The notes: a model not told the origin generated them from the letters alone. Numbered from the stretch's first letter, positions 43,396 through 53,565 are shown. The stretch is 64,000 nt of DNA from Gammaproteobacteria bacterium (GCA_965224825.1 CBDDAG010000003.1:11297-75296); one strand, 5' to 3'. Translations and numbers: made by a program.

Positions 43396-44307
43396 TTAAA
43401 ACTGATCCTGCTCTCCTTCCATACACAGTTCCAAAAATGCTTTTACAGCCCTTGATCGCAAATCTTCCTTGGGTGCGATCAAGTTTAATTGCCAAACCAG
43501 GCCTTCTGGAGGATTTATCTTCAATGGAACAAGATCTGAACTGGCATGTTTCAATGCCTGTAAGGAAGCGAAGCTGATCCCCAGGCCTGCTCTCACTGAG
43601 CCCATGACACCAGCAACCCCCATCACTTCAATATTGATGGGCGCTTCAATCCCCTGTTCGACCAATGCATTTTCAATAAGTTGTCTTGCACCTGATTCCG
43701 GTTCTCGCCATATGACCTGGTAGTCATTAAAAACACTTAGCGGCACACCTTCGGGATATTGGCCGACCAACTCATGTTCGTCGCGAACAACCAGAACAAT
43801 TTCATCTTCACGAAAGGGGATTAGATCATAATCAGAAGACAAAGCACCATCTTCGATCGGCCCTTCTATGAATCCAAGATCCAGATCGCTTAACTTTTCG
43901 ATGATCTCCTGAGAATCTCCAGTATTCATAAACACTTGGACACCAGGGTAGTAAGTCTGGGATAAAACCAGATATTTAGGTAAAAAATAGCTAGCTATGG
44001 TTGTTGTGCTGCCAATACGAAGAACACCTGTATCCAACTCTTGTAAACGGCGCACGTATTCACAAGATAAATGTAAAGAATGTTCGAGTTTTTCTGCATA
44101 TTCGAGCAGGGCTTTACCAACAGGTGTCAGCTCGATCTGATGGCCTTTGCGGTGATAAAGCGGTTCACCAACTCGTTCCTGCAACAATTTTAGCTGTCCG
44201 GAAACAGCAGGTTGTCCAAGATGGAGATATTCCGCCGCCCGCGTGACACTTTTCATGCGTGCGACAACAGCAAAAGTCAGTAACTGGTTCGGGTTGATAT
44301 TCTTCAC
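43396..44307 (-). CDS. LysR family transcriptional regulator (divergent from the formate dehydrogenase genes)
   Basis: HTH LLTFAVVARMKSVTRAAEYLHLGQPAVSGQLKLLQERVG. GTG start with an AAGGAG SD 6 nt upstream. Confidence 0.9.
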   Translation of the reverse strand: MKNINPNQLLTFAVVARMKSVTRAAEYLHLGQPAVSGQLKLLQERVGEPLYHRKGHQIELTPVGKALLEYAEKLEHSLHLSCEYVRRLQELDTGVLRIGSTTTIASYFLPKYLVLSQTYYPGVQVFMNTGDSQEIIEKLSDLDLGFIEGPIEDGALSSDYDLIPFREDEIVLVVRDEHELVGQYPEGVPLSVFNDYQVIWREPESGARQLIENALVEQGIEAPINIEVMGVAGVMGSVRAGLGISFASLQALKHASSDLVPLKINPPEGLVWQLNLIAPKEDLRSRAVKAFLELCMEGEQDQF

Positions 44308-44584
44308 ACTATGCTCCTTGTGTCAAAAACAGGTACGCTAAATCTATCAGCTTTATGGTCTCATCAAAAGTCTGTCATCTGTTACTAACAACCATTAGAA
44401 ACAAAAGGTAATCCAATGAAAAATAAGCACTGAATGGCCTTTACATGTGACTGTTTCAAGCGCAATATTTATAACTATAATACTCGGGCAATATTACATC
44501 ATTTTTTATGATAGAACCGTTAAAAATGATGATTGGTATTGTATAACAGGGGTGCGTAGTATTGAACACACATACAGAAACCAG

Positions 44585-44599
44585 TGGCACGAATTCTGC
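44585..44599 (+). promoter_or_regulatory. candidate sigma-54 (-24/-12) promoter upstream of the formate dehydrogenase genes
   Basis: TGGCACGAATTCTGC versus consensus TGGCACG-N4-TTGC (14 of 15, correct GG/GC spacing), about 60 nt upstream of the GTG at 44659. Motif match only, and no enhancer-binding protein gene is nearby. Confidence 0.3.
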
Positions 44600-44658
44600 T
44601 TTTTGGAATTGTAAGGGTTATGTACGAACAAAAATAATTGACATGAGGGGTATTTCCC

Positions 44659-46353
44659 GTGGCTGCAAATGAAGCAACCGTTGATATAAGCCGGATCAAG
44701 AAAAAACGTATGGGTGGTAAAGGTCGTAATCCCGATCTCGCCGCGCTTGAAGATATTCGACAATTGCTGGGCGACGAGTCCCGACAAAAAGATTTGCTGA
44801 TCGAACATCTACACAAGATTCAGGATCAATATCACTTTATCTCATCAAAACATCTGGTGGCACTTGCCCATGAGATGAAACTTTCCACCACCGAAGTTTA
44901 CGAAGTTGCTACGTTTTACCATCACTTCGATGTTGTTAAAGACAACGATACTCCCCCACCACCTCTAACCGTTAGAGTTTGCGAATCTGTTTCCTGTGAT
45001 CTGGCTGGCTCGAACGAGATCATTGAAGCATTGAAATCGAGCATGGGTGACAAGGTTCGTATCCAGCCGGTTCCCTGTGTTGGCCGATGTGAAAAAGCAC
45101 CGGTTGCGGTGGTTGGGCAAAATCCAATTGATCAGGCTTCGACTGAGACAGTCACCAAAGCCGTCAACGACAACCAAATCGAGTCTGCGATCACCAATTA
45201 TCTTGGCTACGGTGATTACTGCAAACAAGGTGGCTACAAGCTGCTGGAAGAATGTTACAACGGCACACAGGATATCGAAGCCGTTAAGAAAACCATGGAA
45301 GATTCTGGCTTACGTGGTCTCGGCGGTGCAGGTTTCCCTGCCGGTCTAAAATGGAAAATCGTTAGCGGTTTTGATGGTCCACGTTTAATGGCCGTGAATA
45401 TTGACGAAGGTGAGCCGGGCACATTTAAAGATCGTTACTATCTCGAAATTGATCCACACCGTTTCCTCGAAGGCATGCTAATCGCAGCCTGGGCTGTGGG
45501 TATTGACGATATTTATATCTATCTACGCGACGAATACGCAGGTGTTCGCCAGATCCTGACTCAAGAGTTGGAGCGTCTACAATCAAACCCTCCATTTTCT
45601 CATGCCATGCCAACGCTTCATTTACGACGCGGTGCCGGTGCTTATATCTGTGGCGAAGAATCTGCCATGATCGAGTCCATCGAAGGCAAGCGCGGGATGC
45701 CAAGATTGCGGCCTCCATTCGTAGCAGAAGAGGGTCTGTTTGGCCGCCCTACTCTCGAACACAATATGGAAACCCTTTACTGGGTTCGTGAAATTCTGGA
45801 GAAAGGCCCTGACTGGTTTACTTCTCATGGACGTAATGGCCGAAAAGGTTTGCGATCATTCTCAGTCAGTGGACGAGTAAATAAGCCGGGGGTACATCTT
45901 GCTCCGGCCGGCATCACGATCAAAGAACTGATCGAAGAATATTGCGATGGCATGCTTGATGGTCATGAATTGTATGGTTATTTCCCGGGCGGCGCATCTG
46001 GCGGAATCCTGCCAGCAACTATGGGCGATATCCCACTGGATTTCGATACGCTGAATGAATACGGCTGTTTTATCGGTTCAGCAGCTGTGATGATCTTCTC
46101 CGATCAGGACAGTGTGAAAGAACTGGCCTTGAATGCGATGAGATTTTTCGAAGAAGAATCCTGCGGCCAATGTACGCCATGTCGTGTCGGTACAACAAAA
46201 GCCGTCGACTTAATGAAAGAAAAAGACTGGAATACTGATCTGTTAGAAGAACTGGCCAATGTCATGGTCGATGCATCGATTTGTGGTCTGGGTCAGGCAG
46301 CACCAAATCCACTGCGTTGTGCAGTTAAATATTTCCCTGAAGAATTCAAATAG
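44659..46353 (+). CDS. fdsB: NAD-dependent formate dehydrogenase diaphorase subunit, fused FdsG-like (NuoE-type 2Fe-2S) and FdsB-like (NuoF-type FMN/NAD/4Fe-4S) domains
   Basis: VYEVATFYHHFD and C..C..C..VGRC NuoE-like part. GLRGLGGAGFPAGLKW and ESCGQCTPCR NuoF-like motifs. GTG start with a GAGGGG upstream; an alternative ATG at 44710 is possible. Confidence 0.85.
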   Translation: MAANEATVDISRIKKKRMGGKGRNPDLAALEDIRQLLGDESRQKDLLIEHLHKIQDQYHFISSKHLVALAHEMKLSTTEVYEVATFYHHFDVVKDNDTPPPPLTVRVCESVSCDLAGSNEIIEALKSSMGDKVRIQPVPCVGRCEKAPVAVVGQNPIDQASTETVTKAVNDNQIESAITNYLGYGDYCKQGGYKLLEECYNGTQDIEAVKKTMEDSGLRGLGGAGFPAGLKWKIVSGFDGPRLMAVNIDEGEPGTFKDRYYLEIDPHRFLEGMLIAAWAVGIDDIYIYLRDEYAGVRQILTQELERLQSNPPFSHAMPTLHLRRGAGAYICGEESAMIESIEGKRGMPRLRPPFVAEEGLFGRPTLEHNMETLYWVREILEKGPDWFTSHGRNGRKGLRSFSVSGRVNKPGVHLAPAGITIKELIEEYCDGMLDGHELYGYFPGGASGGILPATMGDIPLDFDTLNEYGCFIGSAAVMIFSDQDSVKELALNAMRFFEEESCGQCTPCRVGTTKAVDLMKEKDWNTDLLEELANVMVDASICGLGQAAPNPLRCAVKYFPEEFK

Positions 46354-46364
46354 AGGATCAAGAA

Positions 46365-49142
46365 GTGGCAGCTAATCCGCAAGATCTGAATATCACTAAA
46401 ATTGCTTTTGACCTGAATGGTAAAGGTGTTGAGGCTTATGAAGGCGAAACAATCCTTCAGGCCGCCAAACGTGAAGGCGTGGAAATTCCGCATCTTTGTT
46501 ACACAGAAGGCATGCGTGCCGACGGTAACTGTCGTGCCTGCGTCGTTGAAGTTGATGGCGAACGTGTCCTCGCTCCATCTTGCTGTCGTTACCCATCCGA
46601 GGGAATGAAAGTAAACACGGAAAGTGAAAGAACGAAAAAATCACAGAAAATGGTTCTCGAACTCTTGCTCGCCGACATGCCGGATCAGGGCAAGTCTCCC
46701 TACAGCAATCAGTCCGAACTTGATCTGTGGGCGAAGAAACTGGATGTCAGCAAGCCACGCTTTGATCAACGTGTTCAACCTGCCAATGATATTTCTCATC
46801 CCGCTATTGCCGTAAATCTTGATGCCTGTATCCAGTGTAATCGCTGCGTACGTGCCTGCCGCGAAGAACAGGGCAACGATGTTATCGGTTATGCTCATCG
46901 CGGATCACATTCGAAAATTGTTTTCGATCTTGATGACCCATTGACTGAAAGTACCTGCGTTGCTTGTGGCGAATGTGTTCAGGCCTGTCCAACGGGTGCA
47001 TTGATGCCAGCGAATGACGTTGGTTTAATCGAAGCAGATAAAACCGTTGATTCCACCTGCCCTTATTGTGGTGTCGGTTGCTTGATCAAATATCATGTTA
47101 AAGATAATGAGATCCTATACACCGAAGGTCGAGTAGAGGGTCCTGCGAATCTAGGCCGACTTTGCGTCAAAGGTCGTTATGGTTTTGATTACATTCATAA
47201 TCCACTGCGCCTGACTAAACCCCTGATTCGCCGAGAAGGCGTTGCAAAGACAACTGAGTTACTTGATCCGGCTGATCTGGATACAATATTCCGCGAAGCC
47301 ACGTGGGATGAAGCTTTAGATTTAGCCGCGGGTGGTTTCACCAAAATCCGTGATGAAGATGGGCCGAAGGCTCTAGCCGGTTTAGGATCTGCGAAAGGCA
47401 GCAACGAAGAAGCTTATCTGTTCCAGAAACTAATCCGTACTGCTTTCCGTAGTAACAACGTCGATCACTGTACACGTCTTTGCCATGCTTCATCGGTAGC
47501 AGCGCTGCTTGAATGTCTTGGATCGGGTGCGGTTTCAAATCCGGTAGAAGATGTTGCTCTGGCCGAAGTTGTTATTCTAATTGGAGCCAATCCAACAGTT
47601 AACCATCCGGTTGGCGCGACCTTTATCAAGAATGCTGTCAATAACGGTACCAAACTGATCGTCATGGATCCAAGACGCAATAAAATTGCGCCTTATGCGA
47701 ACCATTATCTACAATTCAGACCCGATACCGACGTCGCCCTGTTAAATGGCATCATGCACACGATCATCGATGAAGGCTTGCAAAATGACGAGTACATCGA
47801 AAAATATACTGAAAGTTACGAAAAACTAAGAGATCATCTAATACATTATCCGGCAGAAAAAGTCGCACCGATTTGTGGTATCGATGCCGAAACGATTAAG
47901 GAAGTTGCTCGCTTATATGCCACTTCCAAAGGCTCAATGATCCTCTGGGGTATGGGTATTTCTCAACACATTCATGGAACGGATAATTCCCGTTGCCTGA
48001 TCTCACTGGCATTACTGACCGGGCAAATTGGCCGACCAGGATCCGGACTGCATCCATTGCGTGGACAGAATAATGTCCAGGGCGCATCAGACGTTGGCTT
48101 AATCCCGATGGTCTATCCGGATTACCAACCCGTGACCAATCCTGTAATCCGGGCGAAATTTGAAAAGCTCTGGAATACTGAACTGGATCATGAAAATGGC
48201 CTGACTACCGTTGAAATGGTTCATGCCGCTTACGATGGAAAAGTCAAAGGTATGTACATTCAGGGTGAAAATCCTGCCATGTCTGATCCGAACCAGAACC
48301 ATGCTCGTGAAGCCTTCACCAGACTGGACCATATGGTAGTACAGGATATTTTCCTCACCGAAACAGCCGGCTTTGCGGATGTCATTTTGCCGGCGTCAGC
48401 TTTCTATGAAAAATCAGGTACCTTCTCCAACACGGATCGTCGCGTGCAAATGGGCAGACAAGTGGTTAATCCTCCGGGCGAAGCCAGACAGGATCTGGAA
48501 GTCATTATGGCGATCGCGAATCGCATGGGACTTGACTGGAAATACACTGGCCCGAAAGATGTATTCAACGAAATGCGCCTCTGCATGGACAGTATTGCCG
48601 GCATGACTTACGAACGACTTGATGAAGTTGAATCACTGACTTACCCGCTGGAAAAAGAAGGTGATCCGGGTACTCCTGTTATCTTCACTGATGGCTTCCC
48701 GACAAAATCTGGTAAAGGCTTATTTGTACCAGCAACTTATACGCAGGCAGATGAGCTTCCGGACGAAGAGTATCCACTGATTTTTATTACCGGAAGACAG
48801 CTAGAACATTGGCACACCGGCAGTATGACGCGGCATGCCAGTAAGCTTGATGCCATTGAGCCAGATCCGGTGATCAGCATTCATCCCCTCGATCTGGATT
48901 CTCTGGGTTGTACGGCAGGTGAACTGGTTACGATTGAATCCCGACGTGGAACGATCACCGCATTTGCCCGGTCAGATCTGGGTATCCAGCAAGGGACTTT
49001 GTTTATGGCTTTCTGCTACAACGAAGCCAGCGCAAACTTACTGACCACCGATGCACTTGATCCTTTCGGCAAGATCCCGGAATTCAAATTCTGTGCTAGT
49101 CGCGTGACACCAGGTGGGGAACTCGCTAAACGCGTTAGTTAA
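46365..49142 (+). CDS. fdsA: NAD-dependent formate dehydrogenase catalytic (alpha) subunit, Mo/W-bisPGD, cysteine type
   Basis: NuoG-like N-terminus (CRACVVEV; ACIQCNRCVRAC; CVACGECVQACP), CPYCGVGC, then the molybdopterin domain. VDHCTRLCHASSVA aligns with FdhF ARVUHGPSVA, so Cys replaces Sec. GTG start with an AGAGGA SD. Confidence 0.92.
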   Translation: MAANPQDLNITKIAFDLNGKGVEAYEGETILQAAKREGVEIPHLCYTEGMRADGNCRACVVEVDGERVLAPSCCRYPSEGMKVNTESERTKKSQKMVLELLLADMPDQGKSPYSNQSELDLWAKKLDVSKPRFDQRVQPANDISHPAIAVNLDACIQCNRCVRACREEQGNDVIGYAHRGSHSKIVFDLDDPLTESTCVACGECVQACPTGALMPANDVGLIEADKTVDSTCPYCGVGCLIKYHVKDNEILYTEGRVEGPANLGRLCVKGRYGFDYIHNPLRLTKPLIRREGVAKTTELLDPADLDTIFREATWDEALDLAAGGFTKIRDEDGPKALAGLGSAKGSNEEAYLFQKLIRTAFRSNNVDHCTRLCHASSVAALLECLGSGAVSNPVEDVALAEVVILIGANPTVNHPVGATFIKNAVNNGTKLIVMDPRRNKIAPYANHYLQFRPDTDVALLNGIMHTIIDEGLQNDEYIEKYTESYEKLRDHLIHYPAEKVAPICGIDAETIKEVARLYATSKGSMILWGMGISQHIHGTDNSRCLISLALLTGQIGRPGSGLHPLRGQNNVQGASDVGLIPMVYPDYQPVTNPVIRAKFEKLWNTELDHENGLTTVEMVHAAYDGKVKGMYIQGENPAMSDPNQNHAREAFTRLDHMVVQDIFLTETAGFADVILPASAFYEKSGTFSNTDRRVQMGRQVVNPPGEARQDLEVIMAIANRMGLDWKYTGPKDVFNEMRLCMDSIAGMTYERLDEVESLTYPLEKEGDPGTPVIFTDGFPTKSGKGLFVPATYTQADELPDEEYPLIFITGRQLEHWHTGSMTRHASKLDAIEPDPVISIHPLDLDSLGCTAGELVTIESRRGTITAFARSDLGIQQGTLFMAFCYNEASANLLTTDALDPFGKIPEFKFCASRVTPGGELAKRVS

Positions 49143-49153
49143 TAAACAATATT

Positions 49154-49180
49154 GGGACAGGTTGTAGATCTTCCTGTCTC
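49154..49180. terminator. hairpin between convergent fdsA and the 49187..49657 gene (possible bidirectional terminator)
   Basis: gggacagg-(11 nt)-cctgtctc, 7 of 8 bp stem. Weak U-tracts, so low confidence. Confidence 0.35.
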
Positions 49181-49186
49181 AATTTA

Positions 49187-49657
49187 TTACTCCTGATTCT
49201 TTTCAGTTCGGGAGATTTTTATATACGTCTCTTTCATCGCAGTTTCCATCATGTCCCTGATCACACTATAGCGATCAAGATCTTTAAAAACCTGCATTTT
49301 AATTTGCTTTGACTCTTTGTCTATCTGACCTTTTTCATCAGCCTCATCAACCAGATCGATTAGAAAATCCACCTCAGTCAACGCAATGATCAATTTCTCA
49401 ACTGGTTTTCCCTGTCCATACTTTAAAATATAAGCGCGCGCACTACGCTGACAGAAAAACCGTTTTATATCACCACCAGCACTTGTGCCACAGCTGGAAA
49501 GATAATCCCGAAGTTCATCCAACTCCGGCATCTGCATCAACAAAATCTGCTGCCTGCTTTCCTGAAATATGTTCTTCTTATAAAGATCCGTAACAGAAGT
49601 CTCAGCCATAGTATTACTAACAAATAAAATGGATAAAACCAGGTGAAAATTTTTCAC
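49187..49657 (-). CDS. hypothetical secreted helical protein
   Basis: Signal-like N-terminus MKNFHLVLSILFVSNTMA. No family recognised. Confidence 0.5.
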   Translation of the reverse strand: MKNFHLVLSILFVSNTMAETSVTDLYKKNIFQESRQQILLMQMPELDELRDYLSSCGTSAGGDIKRFFCQRSARAYILKYGQGKPVEKLIIALTEVDFLIDLVDEADEKGQIDKESKQIKMQVFKDLDRYSVIRDMMETAMKETYIKISRTEKNQE

Positions 49658-49669
49658 TCTACTGGATTT

Positions 49670-50422
49670 TTATTTAGGCATTCCATCCATCATGTTCTGC
49701 TCTTTATAACCAGCAGGCACAGTAAACAATGCTGCATCAAGCGATTCATTACTGACTTTATCCAATGTCATAGATTCGGCTGATTGTGACATGCCTTCAA
49801 CAATAACAGGCAACATACCCTCACCCAGATCAGCAGAGGCAAACGAAGCCTTATCCCCTATTGGCAAATTCTCGGACATACTCGATATGAAGGTCATAAA
49901 ATCTTTCATCACCAGATAGTCTTCTTTAGGAACATCCAGCGACTTATAACTCGCCACACAGACCTGAGAAACTTTTTCATCACCCTTAAACACATTGACT
50001 ATTTTACAAGACCAGTCACCTGACTTAGCTTTTTCTGATGTTCTTTCACTACGCAAAGGTTGTGATTTCTCCATTCCTGAAGGCATTAAACCCTTCATCA
50101 TTTGTCGCATCTGTGCCTGTTGTTCAGGAGGCATATTTTTCAACTGCTCTTCCATCTGTTTTTGTGCAGCCGAAATAGCACCACCCATCTGTTTCATCGT
50201 ATTCTCATCAACACGAGTAACGGATTTATTCTGGTGATCCACAAGAGTCATGGTGCGTGTCTTTGAGTCATAAAGCATATAACTATTACCTTCTGCAGAT
50301 CTTAAAACACCATCTTTGATCTGCATCGTATTAGCTTCTTCTTTATTCATATAAGTCAGGCTTGTATCTGCAAAGCTTGATGACATCATAGATATCAAAC
50401 AAATGGTCATTATCGTTCTCAT
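49670..50422 (-). CDS. hypothetical secreted protein with a Met/Gln-rich segment (DUF4412-like?)
   Basis: Signal peptide MRTIMTICLISMMSSSFA. Central QMEEQLKNMPPEQQAQMRQMMKGLMPSGM. Family call is weak. Confidence 0.45.
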   Translation of the reverse strand: MRTIMTICLISMMSSSFADTSLTYMNKEEANTMQIKDGVLRSAEGNSYMLYDSKTRTMTLVDHQNKSVTRVDENTMKQMGGAISAAQKQMEEQLKNMPPEQQAQMRQMMKGLMPSGMEKSQPLRSERTSEKAKSGDWSCKIVNVFKGDEKVSQVCVASYKSLDVPKEDYLVMKDFMTFISSMSENLPIGDKASFASADLGEGMLPVIVEGMSQSAESMTLDKVSNESLDAALFTVPAGYKEQNMMDGMPK

Positions 50423-50451
50423 TTTATTTCTCCTGGGAAATTGGTAATTGC

Positions 50452-51213
50452 TTATTCTAAACGCTGCCTGACAGCTTCATACAAACAAACACCCGATGCA
50501 ACCGAAACGTTCAAACTTTCAACAACACCCGCCATCGGAATTTGTACAAGATGATCACAATGCTCACTGGTCAACCGACGAATGCCTTTATCTTCCGAAC
50601 CCATAACTAAACCAACTGATCCTTTCAAATCCTGATCATAAATTGTCTGATCAGACTGATCGCTGGTTCCGATCAACCAGACACCCTCACCCTGTATTTG
50701 TTTTAAGGTTCGCGCCAAATTACGTACTTCAATCAATGGAACAGAGTCCGCGGCACCACTGGCAACTTTACGTACAACAGGTGTCATACTCACACCACGG
50801 CTTGCAGGAATAACCACGGCAGTTGCACCAGCAGCATCGGCCGTACGCAAACAAGCACCCAAGTTATGAGGATCCTGAACACCATCCAGGATCAACAACA
50901 ACACATTGTTAGAATTCTTAACAAGCTCAAACAGATCAGATTCATCCTTTGGCTTCGCAGCACGTTGCCGGAGCACAACTCCCTGATGACGTTGATCATT
51001 ACTCATTTTGTCCAATGACTTTCGCGGAACATGTTGAATAGAAATTCCAAGTGATTCAGCAAGGGTCTGGATCTCAACAAGCTTCCCTCCTTTACCCTTA
51101 TTGCCCTTGTTATTACTTTCTGTCTGCAACCAAATTTCCAACACTTTTTCAGGAAATTGTTGCAAAGCATGTAGAGCAGCATGGATACCATAGATCAAAT
51201 CAGTTTCAGCCAT
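50452..51213 (-). CDS. rlmB: 23S rRNA (guanosine-2'-O-)-methyltransferase RlmB (SpoU/TrmH family)
   Basis: IYGIHAALHAL N-terminal domain and SpoU motifs (LDGVQDPHNLGACLRTA; LVMGSEDKGIR; SLNVSVASGVCLYE). The ATG at 51213 is preferred. Confidence 0.88.
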   Translation of the reverse strand: MAETDLIYGIHAALHALQQFPEKVLEIWLQTESNNKGNKGKGGKLVEIQTLAESLGISIQHVPRKSLDKMSNDQRHQGVVLRQRAAKPKDESDLFELVKNSNNVLLLILDGVQDPHNLGACLRTADAAGATAVVIPASRGVSMTPVVRKVASGAADSVPLIEVRNLARTLKQIQGEGVWLIGTSDQSDQTIYDQDLKGSVGLVMGSEDKGIRRLTSEHCDHLVQIPMAGVVESLNVSVASGVCLYEAVRQRLE

Positions 51214-51474
51214 ATTAATAACCAACCTATTTTATTATCAAGTCGTCATTATATACCTGTGACCATTCAAGCTGCGTGTTTTATAGTGCTCATAGTGAGT
51301 GGGCTAGCAAGGCAAATTATTGATGTAATAACTATTCTATTGCTCAATAATTTAACATCGCTAGTACGTTCAATATGAGTGGTAGAAAATATGCAGCTTG
51401 AATGATTACGGGTATAAAGCAATGCAGTGCTATAATTTACGCCAATTTATTCACATTCAAACCTACTATTACTT

Positions 51475-52188
51475 ATGTTTATTGATAATTTTTATACCGA
51501 AAAAGATTCACGCATCCTGATCTCGAAAGAACAGGCCAGCACTTTTGCAAAACAGATCGCTGATGACTTTAATCCGATCCATGATCCGGGTAGCAAGTAT
51601 TTCTGCGTGCCAGGTGATCTTTTGTTTTCACTCATTCTTGAAAAGTATGGCTTAAGCCAACAAATGACTTTTACCTTCTCGGGGATGGTCGGTGATAGTG
51701 TGCCGCTACATTTTCCTGAAACTGAAAAGGGATCGGATGAGTTTTCAATTACAGACGATAATGAAAAACAATATCTTCGCGTAGAACATAGTGGTGAAAT
51801 CTCGACAGATAAAGAAATGATCCCAGAATTCACTAAAAACTATGTTGCATTTTCGGGCAAGAATTTTCCTGATGTTATCGTTCCACTGATGGCCGAACAC
51901 AATGTCATGATCAATCCGGATAGACCACTGGTCATTTATGACAGTATGTCCATTGAACTTGATACCATTGATATACAACATCCTACGTTGGAACTTGTTG
52001 GAACCAGCCTCACCGTTCAGGGGAAAAAAGCAATTGCATTACTGGAGTTTGCTGTCAAATCCGATGGGGAAATAATTGGCAAAGGTCTAAAAAAGCTAAT
52101 GCTAAGAGGCTTGCGGGATTATGATCAAGACAGAGTTGAAAAGATGGTTGATTATTATAACGAACGAAAGATCACTCTCGCCCCTTAA
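51475..52188 (+). CDS. hypothetical protein with a MaoC/hot-dog-like N-terminal motif (DUF3581-like)
   Basis: FAKQIADDFNPIHD resembles the MaoC-dehydratase signature. An extended -10 (TGcTATAAT, 51428-51436) lies about 40 nt upstream. Confidence 0.5.
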   Translation: MFIDNFYTEKDSRILISKEQASTFAKQIADDFNPIHDPGSKYFCVPGDLLFSLILEKYGLSQQMTFTFSGMVGDSVPLHFPETEKGSDEFSITDDNEKQYLRVEHSGEISTDKEMIPEFTKNYVAFSGKNFPDVIVPLMAEHNVMINPDRPLVIYDSMSIELDTIDIQHPTLELVGTSLTVQGKKAIALLEFAVKSDGEIIGKGLKKLMLRGLRDYDQDRVEKMVDYYNERKITLAP

Positions 52189-52194
52189 GGGAAC

Positions 52195-53565
52195 TTAAAA
52201 AGGCATCCCGCCAGGGGGCATTCCACCGCCACCCGGCATACCGCGCATCAGACTCGCCATGCCGCCTTTCTTCGACATACGCTTCATCATCTTTTGCATC
52301 TGCATAAACTGCTTGAGCATCTTATTGATATCCTGAACCTGAGTTCCAGAACCAGCAGCGATCCGTTTCTTACGTGATGCCTTGATCAGAGCAGGAAATT
52401 TCCTTTCACCCGGTGTCATGGAATTGATGATCGCGACCGTTTTATTCATCTCTTTATCGTTTACCTGATCCATCGCTTTCTTGGGCACATCAGCAACACC
52501 TGGCATTTTCGCCATCAAACTGGCAACGCCACCCATGTTCTGCATTTGTAACAACTGCTCTTTGAAATCTTCCAGATCAAAACCTTTGCCTTTCTTTAAC
52601 TTAGTCGCCAGTTTCTTCGCGGCATCTTTATCGACCTTCTGCTCGACATCCTCGATCAGGCTGAGTACATCACCCATACCAAGAATTCGTGAAGCAATAC
52701 GATCAGGGTAGAACGGTTCCAACGCATCGGTTTTCTCACCGACACCCATAAATTTGATCGGCTTTCCGGTAACCTGACGAACCGACAAAGCCGCACCACC
52801 ACGAGAATCACCATCCGTCTTGGTCAGGATCACACCCGTCAATGCCAGTGCATCATCAAAAGCTTTCGCCGTTGTGACCGCATCCTGTCCGGTCATACTA
52901 TCAATGACGAACAAGGTCTCAACAGGTTTCAACGTACTGTGGAGAGACTTGATCTCATCCATCATCTGATCGTCGATATGCAAACGACCCGCGGTATCCA
53001 CGATCAAGACATCGGCAAACTGCTTACGCGCTTCAGCGAGTGCAGCATTAGCAATATCAACCGGATTAGATTCTGTCTGACTCGGAATAAACTCGACACC
53101 GACTTCTTTAGCAAGAATTTCCAACTGCTCGATCGCCGCCGGTCGATAAACGTCACAACTAACCACGGCAACTTTTTTCTTCTCTTTTTCTTTCAGGAGC
53201 TTCGCCAGCTTACCAACACTGGTTGTCTTACCAGAACCCTGCAAACCCGCCATCAGAATGACAGCCGGAGGTTCGGCATTTAGATTCAAGCCCTCATTGA
53301 CGTCACCCATCAAAGTAGTCAATTCGTCATTAACAACCTTGATCAGCGCCTGCCCCGGCGTCAGCGAACCAACAACCTCCTCACCAACGGCACGCGTCCG
53401 GACATGATCAATAAACTCCCGAACAACAGGCAGAGCAACATCAGCCTCCAGCAAAGCCAATCGCACTTCACGCAAAGCTTCCTCAATATTATCTTCCGTC
53501 AGACGACCCTGACCACGAAGATTTTTAACGACCTTATTAAATCGGCTGGAGAGATTATCGAACAT
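52195..53565 (-). CDS. ffh: signal recognition particle protein Ffh
   Basis: GLQGSGKTT P-loop, DTAGR, TKTDGD, Met-rich C-terminal M domain. Confidence 0.97.
   Translation of the reverse strand: MFDNLSSRFNKVVKNLRGQGRLTEDNIEEALREVRLALLEADVALPVVREFIDHVRTRAVGEEVVGSLTPGQALIKVVNDELTTLMGDVNEGLNLNAEPPAVILMAGLQGSGKTTSVGKLAKLLKEKEKKKVAVVSCDVYRPAAIEQLEILAKEVGVEFIPSQTESNPVDIANAALAEARKQFADVLIVDTAGRLHIDDQMMDEIKSLHSTLKPVETLFVIDSMTGQDAVTTAKAFDDALALTGVILTKTDGDSRGGAALSVRQVTGKPIKFMGVGEKTDALEPFYPDRIASRILGMGDVLSLIEDVEQKVDKDAAKKLATKLKKGKGFDLEDFKEQLLQMQNMGGVASLMAKMPGVADVPKKAMDQVNDKEMNKTVAIINSMTPGERKFPALIKASRKKRIAAGSGTQVQDINKMLKQFMQMQKMMKRMSKKGGMASLMRGMPGGGGMPPGGMPF

Noticed and set aside
44506-44816. Two minus-strand ORFs (100 and 98 aa) in the LysR/fds intergenic region.
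   Set aside because: They overlap each other and the fds start, have no SD and give implausible Cys/Phe/His-rich products. The region is better explained as regulatory DNA. I also looked for a Moco riboswitch core there and did not see one.
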